The position numbers and the translations under genes are program-made. The notes beneath the pieces were generated by a model. That model was given only the letters and a program-made list of their open reading frames with translations, was not told the DNA's origin and ran no database searches. DNA of 55,478 bases, filler included, from Squatina squatina (Eukaryota): assembly GCA_031763465.1 (NCBI GenBank). It is 3 parts of 3 records of this genome, joined end to end, with 100 filler letters (N's around TTAATTAATTAA, not from the genome) between each part and the next. Parts side by side here need not be neighbours in the genome. Positions count along the whole stretch, not along the records: positions 1 to 25,486 come from JARFOE010000222.1; 2 more parts are not named here. One strand, 5' to 3'. Below are positions 1 through 12,367 of the stretch, one piece after another. Position 1 is the stretch's first letter. Every line of letters begins with the position of its first letter.

Positions 1-69
1 CATGATCTAATTGAATTGTGGAACAGACTCAAGGGGCTGAAGGGCTCACTTTGGTTCCTACGTTCCTTA
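1..69 (+). mobile_element. CR1-type LINE 3' tail fragment
   Basis: catgatctaattgaattgtggaacagactcaaggggctgaagggctcact...gttccta resembles the elasmobranch CR1 3' tail and the reverse complement of 18051-18118. Confidence 0.55.
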
Positions 70-1294
70 TCACCATTATTTATACCATTGGCATCTGGAT
101 CTATATTTAGTACAATGACTGCAACTCCATCCCAGACCCTATAGTGTGCGGCATCACTGAGGAAAGCAAAGCCTAACCCCAAACTCATATATTCTGATCA
201 CGTGAATCGTTGACACATTTAGAATTGATGGCCTTGACATAAATACATTTGCACTCAGTCCCAGTGCAACACAGAAACCTTTATCCACTGTATGGGGATT
301 GTATCTGCACCAACAAAAGAGTGTTAGATTCAAAATGTGACAAAGTGATGGCACCCTTCAGCTTTTGATGAATAATTCAGGATTTTTTTCACCCTTGAAA
401 TCACTCAAGTTGCAAAAGAGAATTTGGCTGATTGAACTTGATATTTTCTGGACAGCTTTCCTAGACAGTGTAAACCAGGTCTCCATATTCTGTGTATTTT
501 TGACATTTAAAATCATAAGAATAAACCTTTAATGGCAACATTGCACTTAATGATGAGTTTCATGAAACATTTCCACTTTTGGGGAATAAAACTTACTTTA
601 GCCAATCATTTTTTAAAATAGCACTTCTTGTGACTAATTTGAGTTCTCCCTTAAAGGGTTTATTTTGGATCAGACAGACACACTACTACCATGAGGCAAT
701 TTTGTTTAATGTTGCCCAACAAAACCACTGGGGATAAAGGAGACCAATCCTGATGCTGTGGCTGCACACAGCTCCGTTGCACTCTAAGGCCTCAGATTCA
801 AGCCCTACCAGAAGCTGGATGTTGAGTTTAGATTGCCAAGAATCCAAAGTGAAGTGAAGCTGGTACATGAGGCTGGTTCTTGCACAAAGCGGCAACCTCC
901 GTAAGAATAGCTGTAAAAACAGTTAGTGTGGGAATATAATTAATTCTCCCCATCCCCACTTATTGACACAAAAGCAGTCACCAAAAATGTTTTCTTTAAA
1001 TTTAAAACAAGTATCGGCCTCAAAATTGAATGACAGTGTGATCGTGTTATTGGCCTAAAACAGGTGTCAAAGCGTTCAATATGGTGGATAGTGAGCGCGC
1101 GCACATTCTGTGCCACACACCATATTGGTATAGGTAACAAAAGAGGCATCCAGGGCCCGCTCCTCGATGTCTCCTTTACCAAACTGATTNNNNNNNNNNN
1201 NNNNNNNNNNNNNNNNNNNNNNNNNNNNNNNNNNNNNNNNNNNNNNNNNNNNNNNNNNNNNNNNNNNNNNNNNNNNNNNNNNNNNNNNNTAAGC

Positions 1295-1585
1295 TAACCA
1301 AAGGGACTGTGCCCTCTCATGTGGATGTAAAAGATCCCTGCACTATTTGAAGAAGAGCAGTTTTCCAGGTGTTGTGGCAACATTTATCCACTAAAACCCC
1401 CATAAAGAGATTATCTGATCACATCTCATTGCTGTTAGTGGGATCTTGATGTGCACATATTGACTGCTGCATTTCCCTACATTACAACAGCGACTGCACT
1501 CCAAAAAAGTAGTTAATTGCCTGAGAAGTGCTTTGAAACATCTTATGGTCATGAAGGGAGCTATATAAAAGCAATTTTTTTCTTT
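1295..1585 (+). mobile_element. DeuSINE (SacSINE1-like) SINE, 3' half
   Basis: Contains gtggatgtaaaagatccc...ctatttgaagaagagcag...attgctgttagtgggatcttgatgtgc...gctatataaa, colinear with the copies at 3643-4031 and 21077-21521. Confidence 0.8.
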
Positions 1586-3642
1586 CCTTCTTACTTTCTC
1601 GCTTTCTTTCTGCTATTTAACTGATCTGTGCCTTTAAGGCCACTGCTTTAAATAAGTAAATCCAGGTAACTGTAGTTTCTTATCAACTGCTGAGGTCAAT
1701 CAGGCTCCAACGACTAGAGTTCTTGTTTGACTGAGAAATATGACTGAGTATTACAGGAAGTGCTATACAAAATTGTTGTAGCAACTATGTGATGATGTGT
1801 ATTATACACAAGACTTTTAGTATAATAGGTAGATTAAATGGCAAAAAGCGTTGGTGTATCAATGTACTTCCTTCATATACACCGTGGAATCAAACTGTAC
1901 AATGTATTTCAACATAAAAAGAGATAGATCACAGATCTATTTAAGTAAATGCAACTTTAAAGAATGAGACATGTCAAAACTAGGTAACATTGTTACAACA
2001 ACATGAATAAGTCTCACTTGAAATGGTGGGACTTGTCAGGTCTGTGAGAGTTTGTTCCATGGATAATGGACCCACCATTAACTGGATATTTACTTTGGGG
2101 CAGAGAAAAGAAAATAACATCAGATCTTATTAGAATACAATTAAGGCCTGTTTACTTCAGTATCTAGAATGCCTCAACTCCCTGTTGCTTCAGGTACTAA
2201 GACTGATCATTATTTTTATTCAATGAAGCCCTTTTGATATTGACCTTTAAATAATCAGTCAACATAATGGAAGCCAGGCTATGTACAGTGAAATGGGAGA
2301 AACAAAGGAGCTTGAACAGACAAATTACTGACCAGTAAGTAATTGCTCCCCTTCACCATTCAGCAGCTGATGACAGAGGTGTCCCACATATAAATGAAGA
2401 AGTCCCAGCATTGTTCAACCAGGAGAAGTGGCGCATGATGAATGTATTCTCAGCTGCTATCACAAGATTGGCACCAAAAAAACAGCCCTAATTAGATGCT
2501 AATGAATAAAGCTGAATGTCTGGGATTGTTAGTTTTAGAAAAACAATGAGCATCAGAAATAAATTAATGCTGGCAGTCGTGCAATTATTATACAAAACGT
2601 TTGAAACTCAATGGGAAAAATATTTTTCAATAATTACTACTAAGGGAATGCTAATGGAGGCAACTGTTACTGCAAATGGAATTGCGGGAATACAGGGAGC
2701 CTCGTTGATAACATGCTCGTGGAAAATGGAAACCTGCTCTNNNNNNNNNNNNNNNNNNNNNNNNNNNNNNNNNNNNNNNNNNNNNNNNNNNNNNNNNNNN
2801 NNNNNNNNNNNNNNNNNNNNNNNNNNNNNNNNNNNNNNNNGTGTCTGTTCCCTCATTTTTTTTTATCCGGGACAGTCCTTGCTGTTCCTCTAAGTTCACG
2901 TTTGTTGTCATTTTTCACACCAGCCAGTAGGGTTAAATTAAATAAAAGCTCCCCACATACGAATGTGGAGTTGCCTGCGACTCCGAGCAGGAAGTCAGTG
3001 TCTAATTGTTCATGCATGCATGATGGACCCTCTTGATAATTCAACAGGAATTCAAAATGTATCCCGCTCCATTGAGCCGCATATTAATACCTGCTGCCGC
3101 ATGAACTGACTGAGACAGGCCTCTAGCTAAACCCTGGAGGATCTCAGTTCAGCTCATTTTGACTCAAACTGAGTGTGACCTCCATGGGGCTGCAAGCTTT
3201 TACCCGCCCTCTTCTCATTAATTTCTGCGGTGCGGTCACGCGAGCTGGTATCTTGCTGTTTCCTCAAGGCCATTCACTAGTCTCCTGCTTCCTTCGGACT
3301 TTTCAACTAACCACTTCCCAGTAAATCCCTCGGTGGTCTTTTTGCTTGGTATTTATTTATTCAATTATGTTCCAAATTCCTTTTCCGTTGAGATGTAATT
3401 TTGAAACGTCGAAGTCTGTGACAAAAACCTCCACATTAGTATGTGCTTAAAAGATCATTTTCAATTGCAAGCTTTAAGTCACTAGGTACATTTTAATACA
3501 AGGTGGAAAAAAAGGGTAAATAAACATTGAGGAATTTAGTACATGTATGTAAAACTATGCTAATACAGGAGGAGTACAATCTCCAGCAGAATGTGGTTTC
3601 AAGCTTGTTTCCCAGTTACATGGCAGCATTCTCACTCAATTA

Positions 3643-4031
3643 GGTGACACCGTGGCTCAGTGGTAGCAGTCTTGCCTCTGAATCTAAAGTTTGTGGTTGA
3701 ATTCCCACTCCAGAGAATTGAGTATAAAATCTAGGCTGACACACCAGTGTACCACTGAAAGAGTGCTGCACTGTCGGAGGTGAACGTGAAAGATCCCATT
3801 ATTTCAAAGAAGAGCAGAGGACTCCCTGGTGTCCTGGCAAAGATTTATGCCTCAACCAAGCCCGAAAAATAGATGATGCAGTCATTGTCACGTTGCAGTT
3901 TGTGGGATCTTGCTGTGCATAAGTTGGCTGCCGCATTTTCTAGATTACACTACAAAACCACTTAAGTGGATATAATGTGCTTTGGGACATCATGAGGTCG
4001 TGAAAGGCATTATACAAATGCAAAGTCTTTC
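3643..4031 (+). mobile_element. DeuSINE (SacSINE1-like) tRNA-derived SINE, near full length
   Basis: Pol III A box tggctcagtgg (3653-3663) and B-box-like ggttgaattcc (~3695-3705). Central gtgctgcactgtcggaggtg and aaagatccc...gaagagcag, then an L2-like tail gctttgggacatcatgaggtcgtgaaaggcattatacaaatgcaa. Confidence 0.85.
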
Positions 4032-4059
4032 GTTATTTGAGCATAGAGCAGGATGTTTT

Positions 4060-4182
4060 TTATTCATTATCGGGCTATGGGAGTCACTTACAAAGCCAGC
4101 ATTTATTGCCCATCCCTAATTGCCCTTGAGAAGGTGGTGGGAAGCCATCTTCTTTTCCAGTTGCAGTTCATGTGGTGAAGGT
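4060..4182 (-). mobile_element. 3' tail of a CR1-group non-LTR element
   Basis: gcatttattgcccatccctaattgcccttgagaaggtggtgg is the reverse complement of the tail at 8770-8907. Confidence 0.7.
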
Positions 4183-4382
4183 ATAATGCAAGTCAGCAAT
4201 AAAATATATGGAAAATGCTGCCGTCGTTTGTATCAGTATCCCATATGATCAAAAGAACTTTTGCCCTTAAGTTTTCACTTTCAATGTAACATTTTTGGGA
4301 ACCATACATGTATAACTGTGCGTGCAGCATCACACTAGCAGCCACAGTAGGCCTGGTTTTGGAATTGGGGAAAATTGAAGAA

Positions 4383-4551
4383 ATAACTGCAGTCCATTTA
4401 TTGGCTGTATACTCAAACAGGAACTGGTCTCAAATCAGCATGCGCAGTATAACTGCAGTCCATTTACTGACTGCGAACTCAAACAGGAACTGGTCTCAGA
4501 TCAGTATGTGCAGTATAACTGCAGTCCATATACTGACTGTGTACTCAACCA
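4383..4551. repeat. 66-bp minisatellite, ~2.5 copies, cut by a gap
   Basis: ataactgcagtccat starts at 4383, 4449 and 4515, an exact 66-bp period; units share actcaaacaggaactggtctca. Confidence 0.9.
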
Positions 4552-4849
4552 NNNNNNNNNNNNNNNNNNNNNNNNNNNNNNNNNNNNNNNNNNNNNNNNN
4601 NNNNNNNNNNNNNNNNNNNNNNNNNNNNNNNNNNNNNNNNNNNNNNNNNNNGAACTATTAATAGGTTAGTTGCTGGATTATATCTTCTCGCTGCTGGGAC
4701 AATTGTACATGGTTTTGGAGCTTTTACTTGGCTAAAGTTGGAATGTTCCATACCGAGTGATGGTCTTGAAGTGGCTCTGTGGTCATTTAAAATCTTATGC
4801 TGAAAGAACTTGCTTACAGACATGAGTGGCCTGGTAGGGCTTCCTCTAG

Positions 4850-5077
4850 GAATTGAGCCTGGCTGGGAGAATGAAGTGAGGTCATGCAGAGCAGGACAAG
4901 CTGCTAGAAGAGGGAGGAGGAAGAAGGGGAGAAGGGCTCTCAGCAGGAGGCTTTATCTGCTGAGGGTCTTCAGGGAGCAATTCAGTAACTTCAACTTCAG
5001 CAAAGACTAATGCTTGAGACATGTTTGTTTCACAAAAAAGGTCACGACTGAACTTTGCTAACTGCTACAGTCACAGG
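4850..5077 (+). mobile_element. Decayed PIF/Harbinger (HARBI1-like) transposase N-terminal remnant
   Basis: Reading through stops gives RRGRRKKGRRALSRRLYLLRVFREQFSNFNFSKD*CLRHVCFTKKVTTELC*LLQSQ. This resembles the recalled Harbinger transposase N-terminus (R-rich...RVFR...LS..QC.RRLRF.K..V.E.C.LL). Confidence 0.6.
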
Positions 5078-5257
5078 TTAAGCCTCAAAAAAGGGCAAGG
5101 ACAGCATTGCCTGTGGCTGTGAAGGTTGAATAGCTGCCAGTGTGTATGAGCTGTGAGNNNNNNNNNNNNNNNNNNNNNNNNNNNNNNNNNNNNNNNNNNN
5201 NNNNNNNNNNNNNNNNNNNNNNNNNNNNNNNNNNNNNNNNNNNNNNNNNNNNNNNNN

Positions 5258-5640
5258 TCGGAAGTCTATGCTTAGTTCATTGATCTCAGCGAGGTGCAGC
5301 AGAAGGTCTACCAATTGGCCTCATCCATCAGTTGGAGAGCGAAAAATTGGCCAAAAGTCTCACTACAGTGGACATACCCATGAATGAATATCAGGTGAAG
5401 ACTGGGCTCAACTTTGATGCTTCCTATGGTCATAGAGACTGCCAGCATTGTCTTGGCATTGCACATGAAGAATAGTTACTTGGTTGAGTTACTGAAGGTT
5501 GTCTGTAGAGCCGTTCAGGCTCAGATATGAGCCACTCATTATTTAGGTCCACATATGAGGTACTGAAGTACTCCCAGGGCCCAAGGAATTGCAGTTCAGC
5601 AAGATGTCAACTCTTTCAGGAGAGGAAGGGAAGAAATTTC
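5258..5640 (+). mobile_element. Old unnamed SINE-like family, diverged copy
   Basis: Shares tgatctcag, caattggcctca, cacatgaagaatagttacttgg and the 3' motif ttcaggagaggaaggggaagaaatt with 18270-18590, 26540-26905(-) and 46845-47215. Confidence 0.55.
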
Positions 5641-6285
5641 TTACCAACATATTGAAGTAGAATCAGCATTAGTTACCACATCATAGCCCTAACCTGGCAA
5701 TAAGTTAAAGACTGAACAGATGGACCACAAATGCAGTAACTGGGGAGGAAAAAAAATCACAATTCAGAAGATGTCTCTTCTTTACAAAGGTCTTTTTATT
5801 TATGCAGTGTTCATATCAACGTGAAAATACACAGGGCACAACTGGGAATTAAATATGTTTAAAACATGAATAATTGGCAGTGTTCAGTAATATGTATCAG
5901 ATTTTTAGAAGCGGGAAAAAGAACAGCATTAGTAAGAATAGTAAGTCTTGTGGCTTTGCTGATGGCACCTCCCTATGTTGCCATTTAAAAGTTAAAACTC
6001 CGCACCTTATGTTGTATGCTTTGAGCAATTTTTTGAAATAGTCTAAGTTTTTCCAAACATATTATTCAAGTTGTCACTAATGAGTGTAATTTTTTTGAAA
6101 GAACATTTTGTTTCTCTGACCTGGAGGTCCAACGCTGATTAGTGCACCATGACTCTATCAGTTTATCTGAGGCCATCGATTGTTGNNNNNNNNNNNNNNN
6201 NNNNNNNNNNNNNNNNNNNNNNNNNNNNNNNNNNNNNNNNNNNNNNNNNNNNNNNNNNNNNNNNNNNNNNNNNNNNNNNNNNNNN

Positions 6286-6442
6286 TAAAAAAATTCTCCT
6301 CATCTCCCCCCTGGCTTTTTTGACAATTATCTTAAATCTGTGTCCTCTGAATACCGACCTTCCTGCATAGTGGAAACAGTTTCTCTCTATCTACTCTATC
6401 AAAACTCCTCATAATTTTGAACACCAATTAAATCTCCCCTTA
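6286..6442 (-). mobile_element. CR1 LINE ORF2 C-terminal fragment
   Basis: tatcaaaactcctcataattttgaacacc..attaaatctcccctt is the reverse complement of the GDLIEVFKIMRGFD-encoding segment seen at ~41950-41990. Confidence 0.75.
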
Positions 6443-7403
6443 AAATACTTAATACAGAATTTTGAGACACTCTGCTCTCAGTACTTGGTATGGCCCTCCC
6501 AGACAAACACAGATCCCATTGCCCTTGATGACCCCCTAGGGTTCATAGAACGCCTTTGAAAACCTCTGCTGTAGCCAGCCAACTGAAACACTGGTAATGC
6601 ACAGTGATAAGAACTTGGCATACTAAATGAAAGACTTGTTATGTTTAACTTAAGGTTTTATTTGCAGGGAATTAAGTGTTTTTTTAAAACACAGTTTCCA
6701 AATGGTTATGGAGTCCATAATGAAGAAAATTTAAAAAAATTGTGATTTACAACTTACCTCTCTTCATTATTACAAAACCAACATCACAAAATAAGAACAG
6801 TGTATTGTCAACATCAGGACAGTTAGCACTTGTGCTGCTCGAGTACACAGCTTCCAACAATAGATCTTACAAACGTCAGATATTCAATGTATAACAGCTA
6901 GCTGCAGTTAATATACAGCAAAATACAGTACGTTAGCTACTCCATACTATTCCCTATGCACATCACATGTCACAGACTCCATTTTTAAGCTTTCTTCAAA
7001 CCCATGGATTGGGACCACACGTTCTGACTCAATTTGATTTATACATTATGCGTAAAGGGACAACACTGCTTTTACTAACTCACGCGGAATGGATGAAAAC
7101 CATCCCAAATTATATGTCTGCCACAGATTTCTCATTGTCTAAAACCATGTTTCACAGTTTTGCGTGTGTTACATTGCAACTCTGGGAACCAACAGTCAGT
7201 CCAACTTTCTCATGAACAGGCTTGCTTGCAATACTTGGGAACAGCAATATACAGTTTCAAAGGTGTTTTGATAAGTCTGGGCTACATTGGCAGGGACGTT
7301 CCATCAAGTTTGTTTCCAAAGAATGCTGAAACATAGCAACAGCGGACACATTTCCACGATTATGGGGCTTTGTTTCCCATCAAAGTGAGAGGCACCAAGC
7401 TTT

Positions 7404-7847
7404 TCAACAGTGCGTTGCCACTGAGGTGTAGGTGGACATTTCCCGCCGAATTGTGCTGAACGGAGAGAGCTCAAGTTCTGTGGTAAATTCGTTGTCATTG
7501 TCGTCGCTTGCGACGGTGGATGACTTTGGGCCGCATTCCTCGCAACAGCAGCAGCAGCAGTCCAAGAAGGCGCGGCTGAAAGGCTTGCAGAGGCAGAAGA
7601 GGACCACTGGGGTCACGCAAGACTTGAAGAACAAAAGAAACTGACTGATGAGCTGAAGAAGATCCACTGTCTGCTGGGAGACCCCGGTGGCCATGTAGGC
7701 AGTCACAATGTTGCAGACGTTTTCGGGGATGATACAGAACCCATAGAGAATGGTCAAGGCCACCACCGTGCAGTTCATTTGGCCTTCGAGCTGAATCTGA
7801 CGTTTATTCCCTCTGGCGCAGGACTTCTCTGCCTTTCTGATTTTCAC
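7404..7847 (-). CDS. GPR37: GPR37 (prosaposin receptor/Pael-R), 3' part of last coding exon: ICL3, TM6, TM7 and C-tail; 5' part of the exon lost in a gap
   Basis: [42 protein letters not shown]...[32 protein letters not shown]...[24 protein letters not shown] is nearly identical to the recalled human GPR37 C-terminus, including poly-Cys and the ...THC PDZ ligand. Stop TGA at 7404-7406. Confidence 0.95.
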   Translation of the reverse strand: MKIRKAEKSCARGNKRQIQLEGQMNCTVVALTILYGFCIIPENVCNIVTAYMATGVSQQTVDLLQLISQFLLFFKSCVTPVVLFCLCKPFSRAFLDCCCCCCEECGPKSSTVASDDNDNEFTTELELSPFSTIRREMSTYTSVATHC

Positions 7848-8769
7848 NNNNNNNNNNNNNNNNNNNNNNNNNNNNNNNNNNNNNNNNNNNNNNNNNNNNN
7901 NNNNNNNNNNNNNNNNNNNNNNNNNNNNNNNNNNNNNNNNNNNNNNNTCACTTCAGGAAACATTTAACAGGATCGATCAGTGCTGATTGTCGCTCTGTGC
8001 TTGGGTGCCTTGTCCCGCTGTAATATTACTGACATAAATCAGCTTATTGTAGATACAAAGCATATGCATTTTCATAAATAACCAAAAGGACAGGTGGGAC
8101 TGAATGTAAGTTGTGTGCTTGCACACTATTAGTATAAGGCTGACAGACTGCTGTAGCAGAGTGATTAATATGGTAATTATTAATTTAGGCGATAACATTC
8201 AGCTTAATGTAACAAGGCAGATGAACGGACAAACTATTTTCCCTGTCATGTCGTTACCAAGGAAACTGGGAGGAAGCAAGATAATAAACTTCAAGCAGCA
8301 TTTTATTCTGTTCACTAATGAATTAGTCTTCTTTCCAGCTGCAGCGCAATATATTGTTTAAACTAAAGTTCTGATTTAAGTTCTCCTGAAATATGAACCT
8401 GTCCTTTTCTTTCAGGGGCGGACTGATGTGCTGGGTATTTGGATATTATTTCAGTTTTCCTGTATTGGTATTGATTTCTCGGTAACAAGTGCACTGGGTA
8501 TTGAATTCTACTGTCCACGGTGATTGTACAACCACACTTTACGGCTGCATTGCTAATGCAAATTCAGTGTTGCTGTAAAGCTTTACAACAATGCTGCAGT
8601 AGCAGTATAGCTCCAGAAGCGGATCCTGACCCAGCCCCACAGGGCAGCAATGACAGAATGTCTACAGCAGACAGTCTCACGTCACCATAGGGTGAATAGC
8701 TCCAGTGCGATGTAGGACCCAGTTTTTAAAAAAGTGCTCAGGGGCCCTTACATCTCCAGGACACATTTA

Positions 8770-8907
8770 CCTAACAGCACTGTGAGAGAACCTTCACACG
8801 GACTGCAGCGGTTCAAGAAGGCGACTCACCAACACCTTCTTAAGGGCAATTAGGGATGGGCAATAAATGCTGGTCTTGTCAGAGACACCCATATCCCATG
8901 AATGAAT
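8770..8907 (+). mobile_element. 3' tail of a CR1-group non-LTR element, in the GPR37 intron
   Basis: ggactgcagcggttcaagaaggcgactcaccaacaccttcttaagggcaattagggatgggcaataaatgctgg...catatcccatgaatgaat; several copies in the window. Confidence 0.75.
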
Positions 8908-9355
8908 CCATTTATTTCTAATATCTACATACTGATTTCAATGTTTAGGGAGTGCGGGTGGCACAGTTAGTATTAAACTGTGTGCACAATTCATTCATCA
9001 CTGGGAAGGTTTTTTTTTAATTCCTCACCTCAAGATAAGGGATCACCTTGCAGGAAAAATCTCCAAGCAGCCACTTTTTAGTCAGCTCATGAAATATGAC
9101 CAGAGGCAGATCACTTTAACCGCGTGTTAGAATTGCTATTTGCTCCTTACCATGATTTGCTGACGTGTTAAACCAGAGTGCAATGTCTTAGGTAAAGCTA
9201 CCGCAGAATATTTCTGGTTTGACACTTTTAGTAGGATGAGAGAAAATGTCCGACTNNNNNNNNNNNNNNNNNNNNNNNNNNNNNNNNNNNNNNNNNNNNN
9301 NNNNNNNNNNNNNNNNNNNNNNNNNNNNNNNNNNNNNNNNNNNNNNNNNNNNNNN

Positions 9356-10232
9356 TAGTGAATTGGAGATACTCCTCATGTAATAGTTGTGGCAGACAAT
9401 GCACATGATAGATAGGTTTGCCATAATCCCAATCACAAATATGACAATGGAGAGACACATGACCGCATAGGCCCCATAGGAGTCCTCGGTCACAGGGTAG
9501 AAAGGGTTCTTCAGCTGGCGTCTCCTCCCTGGTGCTTGGACAGGTAGCACTGCCGGAACAGCCTCCAAGATAAAGGCACTGGAGGTGTTGTGGAATTCCT
9601 CTGCTCTGGTGTGTAAGTTGGAGCGATCTGCTGATGTGTTGAGAAAGAGCGGGGCAGCTTCCTGCTCCTGAGTATACAGCAACTCGCTTGACCCCGTGGA
9701 GTTATGAATATGAGAATTTTTACGCTTCTCTCTGTTCTTACTTTTGCCACTTATTCGGTCATTGTTTTCAATGCCATTTGTTCCCCTTTTAAACCTTCCA
9801 GTCGTGCTCATTTGGAAAAGCCTTCTCCCGTCCCATGAATGGCTATATCCAGTTTTTCTGGTTTCCAGGCCAGCAGATATCTCAGGATCAAACTTCCCAT
9901 GTTGAGGCTCCCTGTGCCCGGAGCCACGTTTCCTCACAAATCCTGGTAAAATTGCCCAATTTTTCCCGGGAACCTTCTCCGTTGCATTCTCGCGGAGGTA
10001 CTTTGAGAACTTGGGCATTTCCCATCGGTGCTCGCCGCTGACCAACGTCTCATTGAAACCCAACCATGCAGAATCCCTTGCCTTTTGCTTTACCAACAGG
10101 TTACTCAGTGAGTTGTACACCCGCCTCAGCGCTGGGGCTGCAGCACCCCCAGCTCCCCGCCGAAGCACAGACCCAGTCACTTCCAGTTCAGTTGCAACTG
10201 GCTCAGGAGGAACCCCGATTACTCCACCTTCC
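9356..10232 (-). CDS. GPR37: GPR37 first coding exon, internal part: long ectodomain, TM1 and ICL1; both ends lie in gaps
   Basis: 292 open codons ending [53 protein letters not shown], matching recalled GPR37 LKNPFYP...[10 protein letters not shown]...[13 protein letters not shown]. Five N-glycosylation sequons in the ectodomain. Start codon and signal peptide are presumed to lie in gap 10233-11126. Confidence 0.93.
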
Positions 10233-11969
10233 NNNNNNNNNNNNNNNNNNNNNNNNNNNNNNNNNNNNNNNNNNNNNNNNNNNNNNNNNNNNNNNNNNNN
10301 NNNNNNNNNNNNNNNNNNNNNNNNNNNNNNNNNNNNNNNNNNNNNNNNNNNNNNNNNNNNNNNNNNNNNNNNNNNNNNNNNNNNNNNNNNNNNNNNNNNN
10401 NNNNNNNNNNNNNNNNNNNNNNNNNNNNNNNNNNNNNNNNNNNNNNNNNNNNNNNNNNNNNNNNNNNNNNNNNNNNNNNNNNNNNNNNNNNNNNNNNNNN
10501 NNNNNNNNNNNNNNNNNNNNNNNNNNNNNNNNNNNNNNNNNNNNNNNNNNNNNNNNNNNNNNNNNNNNNNNNNNNNNNNNNNNNNNNNNNNNNNNNNNNN
10601 NNNNNNNNNNNNNNNNNNNNNNNNNNNNNNNNNNNNNNNNNNNNNNNNNNNNNNNNNNNNNNNNNNNNNNNNNNNNNNNNNNNNNNNNNNNNNNNNNNNN
10701 NNNNNNNNNNNNNNNNNNNNNNNNNNNNNNNNNNNNNNNNNNNNNNNNNNNNNNNNNNNNNNNNNNNNNNNNNNNNNNNNNNNNNNNNNNNNNNNNNNNN
10801 NNNNNNNNNNNNNNNNNNNNNNNNNNNNNNNNNNNNNNNNNNNNNNNNNNNNNNNNNNNNNNNNNNNNNNNNNNNNNNNNNNNNNNNNNNNNNNNNNNNN
10901 NNNNNNNNNNNNNNNNNNNNNNNNNNNNNNNNNNNNNNNNNNNNNNNNNNNNNNNNNNNNNNNNNNNNNNNNNNNNNNNNNNNNNNNNNNNNNNNNNNNN
11001 NNNNNNNNNNNNNNNNNNNNNNNNNNNNNNNNNNNNNNNNNNNNNNNNNNNNNNNNNNNNNNNNNNNNNNNNNNNNNNNNNNNNNNNNNNNNNNNNNNNN
11101 NNNNNNNNNNNNNNNNNNNNNNNNNNCTGCCCCTTTGCAAATGCCACACGTTTCACCCCAGACCCTATCTCGATGTAAATAACTGACTTAACTTTCCTCC
11201 TTTGAATGGGGACCACGGATTGCCATCACTCCAGCGTCTCTCACATTCCACCTGTAAGATCTGGCCACAAGTCTGGCCGCCCACTCGGCTCTTCTGTGTC
11301 CACCTAGAACACAGACAGTCCTCGGGTACACACACACTCGTCTCAAAACATCACCAAGAAACAGTTCCACCGGATAATGTGCCAACAGCTCCCTCCTGTG
11401 AAAGGCAAGTCATTGCAACAGAAGCGAACACACTGCCACACAGCCTGATTTGAGCTTAACATTTCCCTTCTCCAGCTCTGTTCCTCAAAAAGACACTGCC
11501 TTTCCTGGAAAATTAAAATACAGAAGAGAGAACAATAATGTTTGCCAAGGTGTCACAATGTATCAAGTGTTGGAGGAGGGAGACTTCTGGACTTGGCAGT
11601 ACTTGTACCCATGGTGACTGATAATTCATATAGAACATGCAGTGTCTCATTGCATCACTTGCGTGGAACATCACCACAATTGGTATGATCTACATACAGG
11701 CTACGCTAAAGAACCTTCCCTCTGTGCAAATGAATCAGATACATCTTTAGAGTTCCAATCTGGATTGCACAAATTGTAATGAAAACTATTACTGATTCAT
11801 TTGTTATTTTCTCTCCTCTATTTCTAAATTTGCTATTAATGATTCTGATAGTGTTTTGAATCGTAGGTATTTTCACTATCTACATATACGTTAGTTTGGA
11901 ATTCAGTGCAGAAACGTGTAATTACTGCTTTGCCGTGTACGTGAATCCATAAAACCAATATGATTGTTA

Positions 11970-12367
11970 GCTTTGATCAATTGGCAGCAATATCTGAGTC
12001 AAAAAGCTGTAGGTTTAAAGCCCACTCTAGGACTTCTGTATATAATCTAAGGTGATACTTTAGTGCAGTATTGAGGGAGTGCTGCACTGTCAGAGGGATG
12101 GTACTTTAATGAGACATTACACCAAGGCCATGCCTGCCTATTAACATGACTGTAAAAGACATTATGACACTATTTCAAGAGCACAGATTTCTCCTGATAT
12201 TCTGATCAACATACTTCCTCAATCAAAGACAGATTATCTGGTCATTTTTCTATCTGTTTTTGTAGGATCTTGCTGTATGAAAATTGGCTATTGGAGTTGC
12301 TGACAGAGCAACAATGACTACACTTCAAAAAGTCATTCATTGGCTGTGAAACACTTTGAAACATCCT
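11970..12367 (+). mobile_element. DeuSINE (SacSINE1-like), diverged and truncated in its tail by an L2
   Basis: gtgcagtattgagggagtgctgcactgtcagagg...agattatctggtcatt...gactacacttcaaaa...ttggctgtgaaacactttgaaacatcct. Confidence 0.8.

Noticed and set aside
3643-3720. tRNA-like sequence with A and B boxes
   Set aside because: It is the head of a SINE and continues directly into the SINE body.
5790-6665. Candidate GPR37 polyA signals (AATAAA on the minus strand at 5795-5800 and 6657-6662)
   Set aside because: Cannot choose between them without transcript data; the motif is frequent in AT-rich DNA and a gap intervenes.
7432-7644. Plus-strand ORF with poly-Q
   Set aside because: Antisense shadow of the GPR37 poly-Cys exon.
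10011-11216. Long ORFs of 337-653 aa spanning the large gap
   Set aside because: Their length comes from N runs. Only the minus-strand 9356-10232 portion is real coding sequence, and the listed start MWHLQRG is unsupported.
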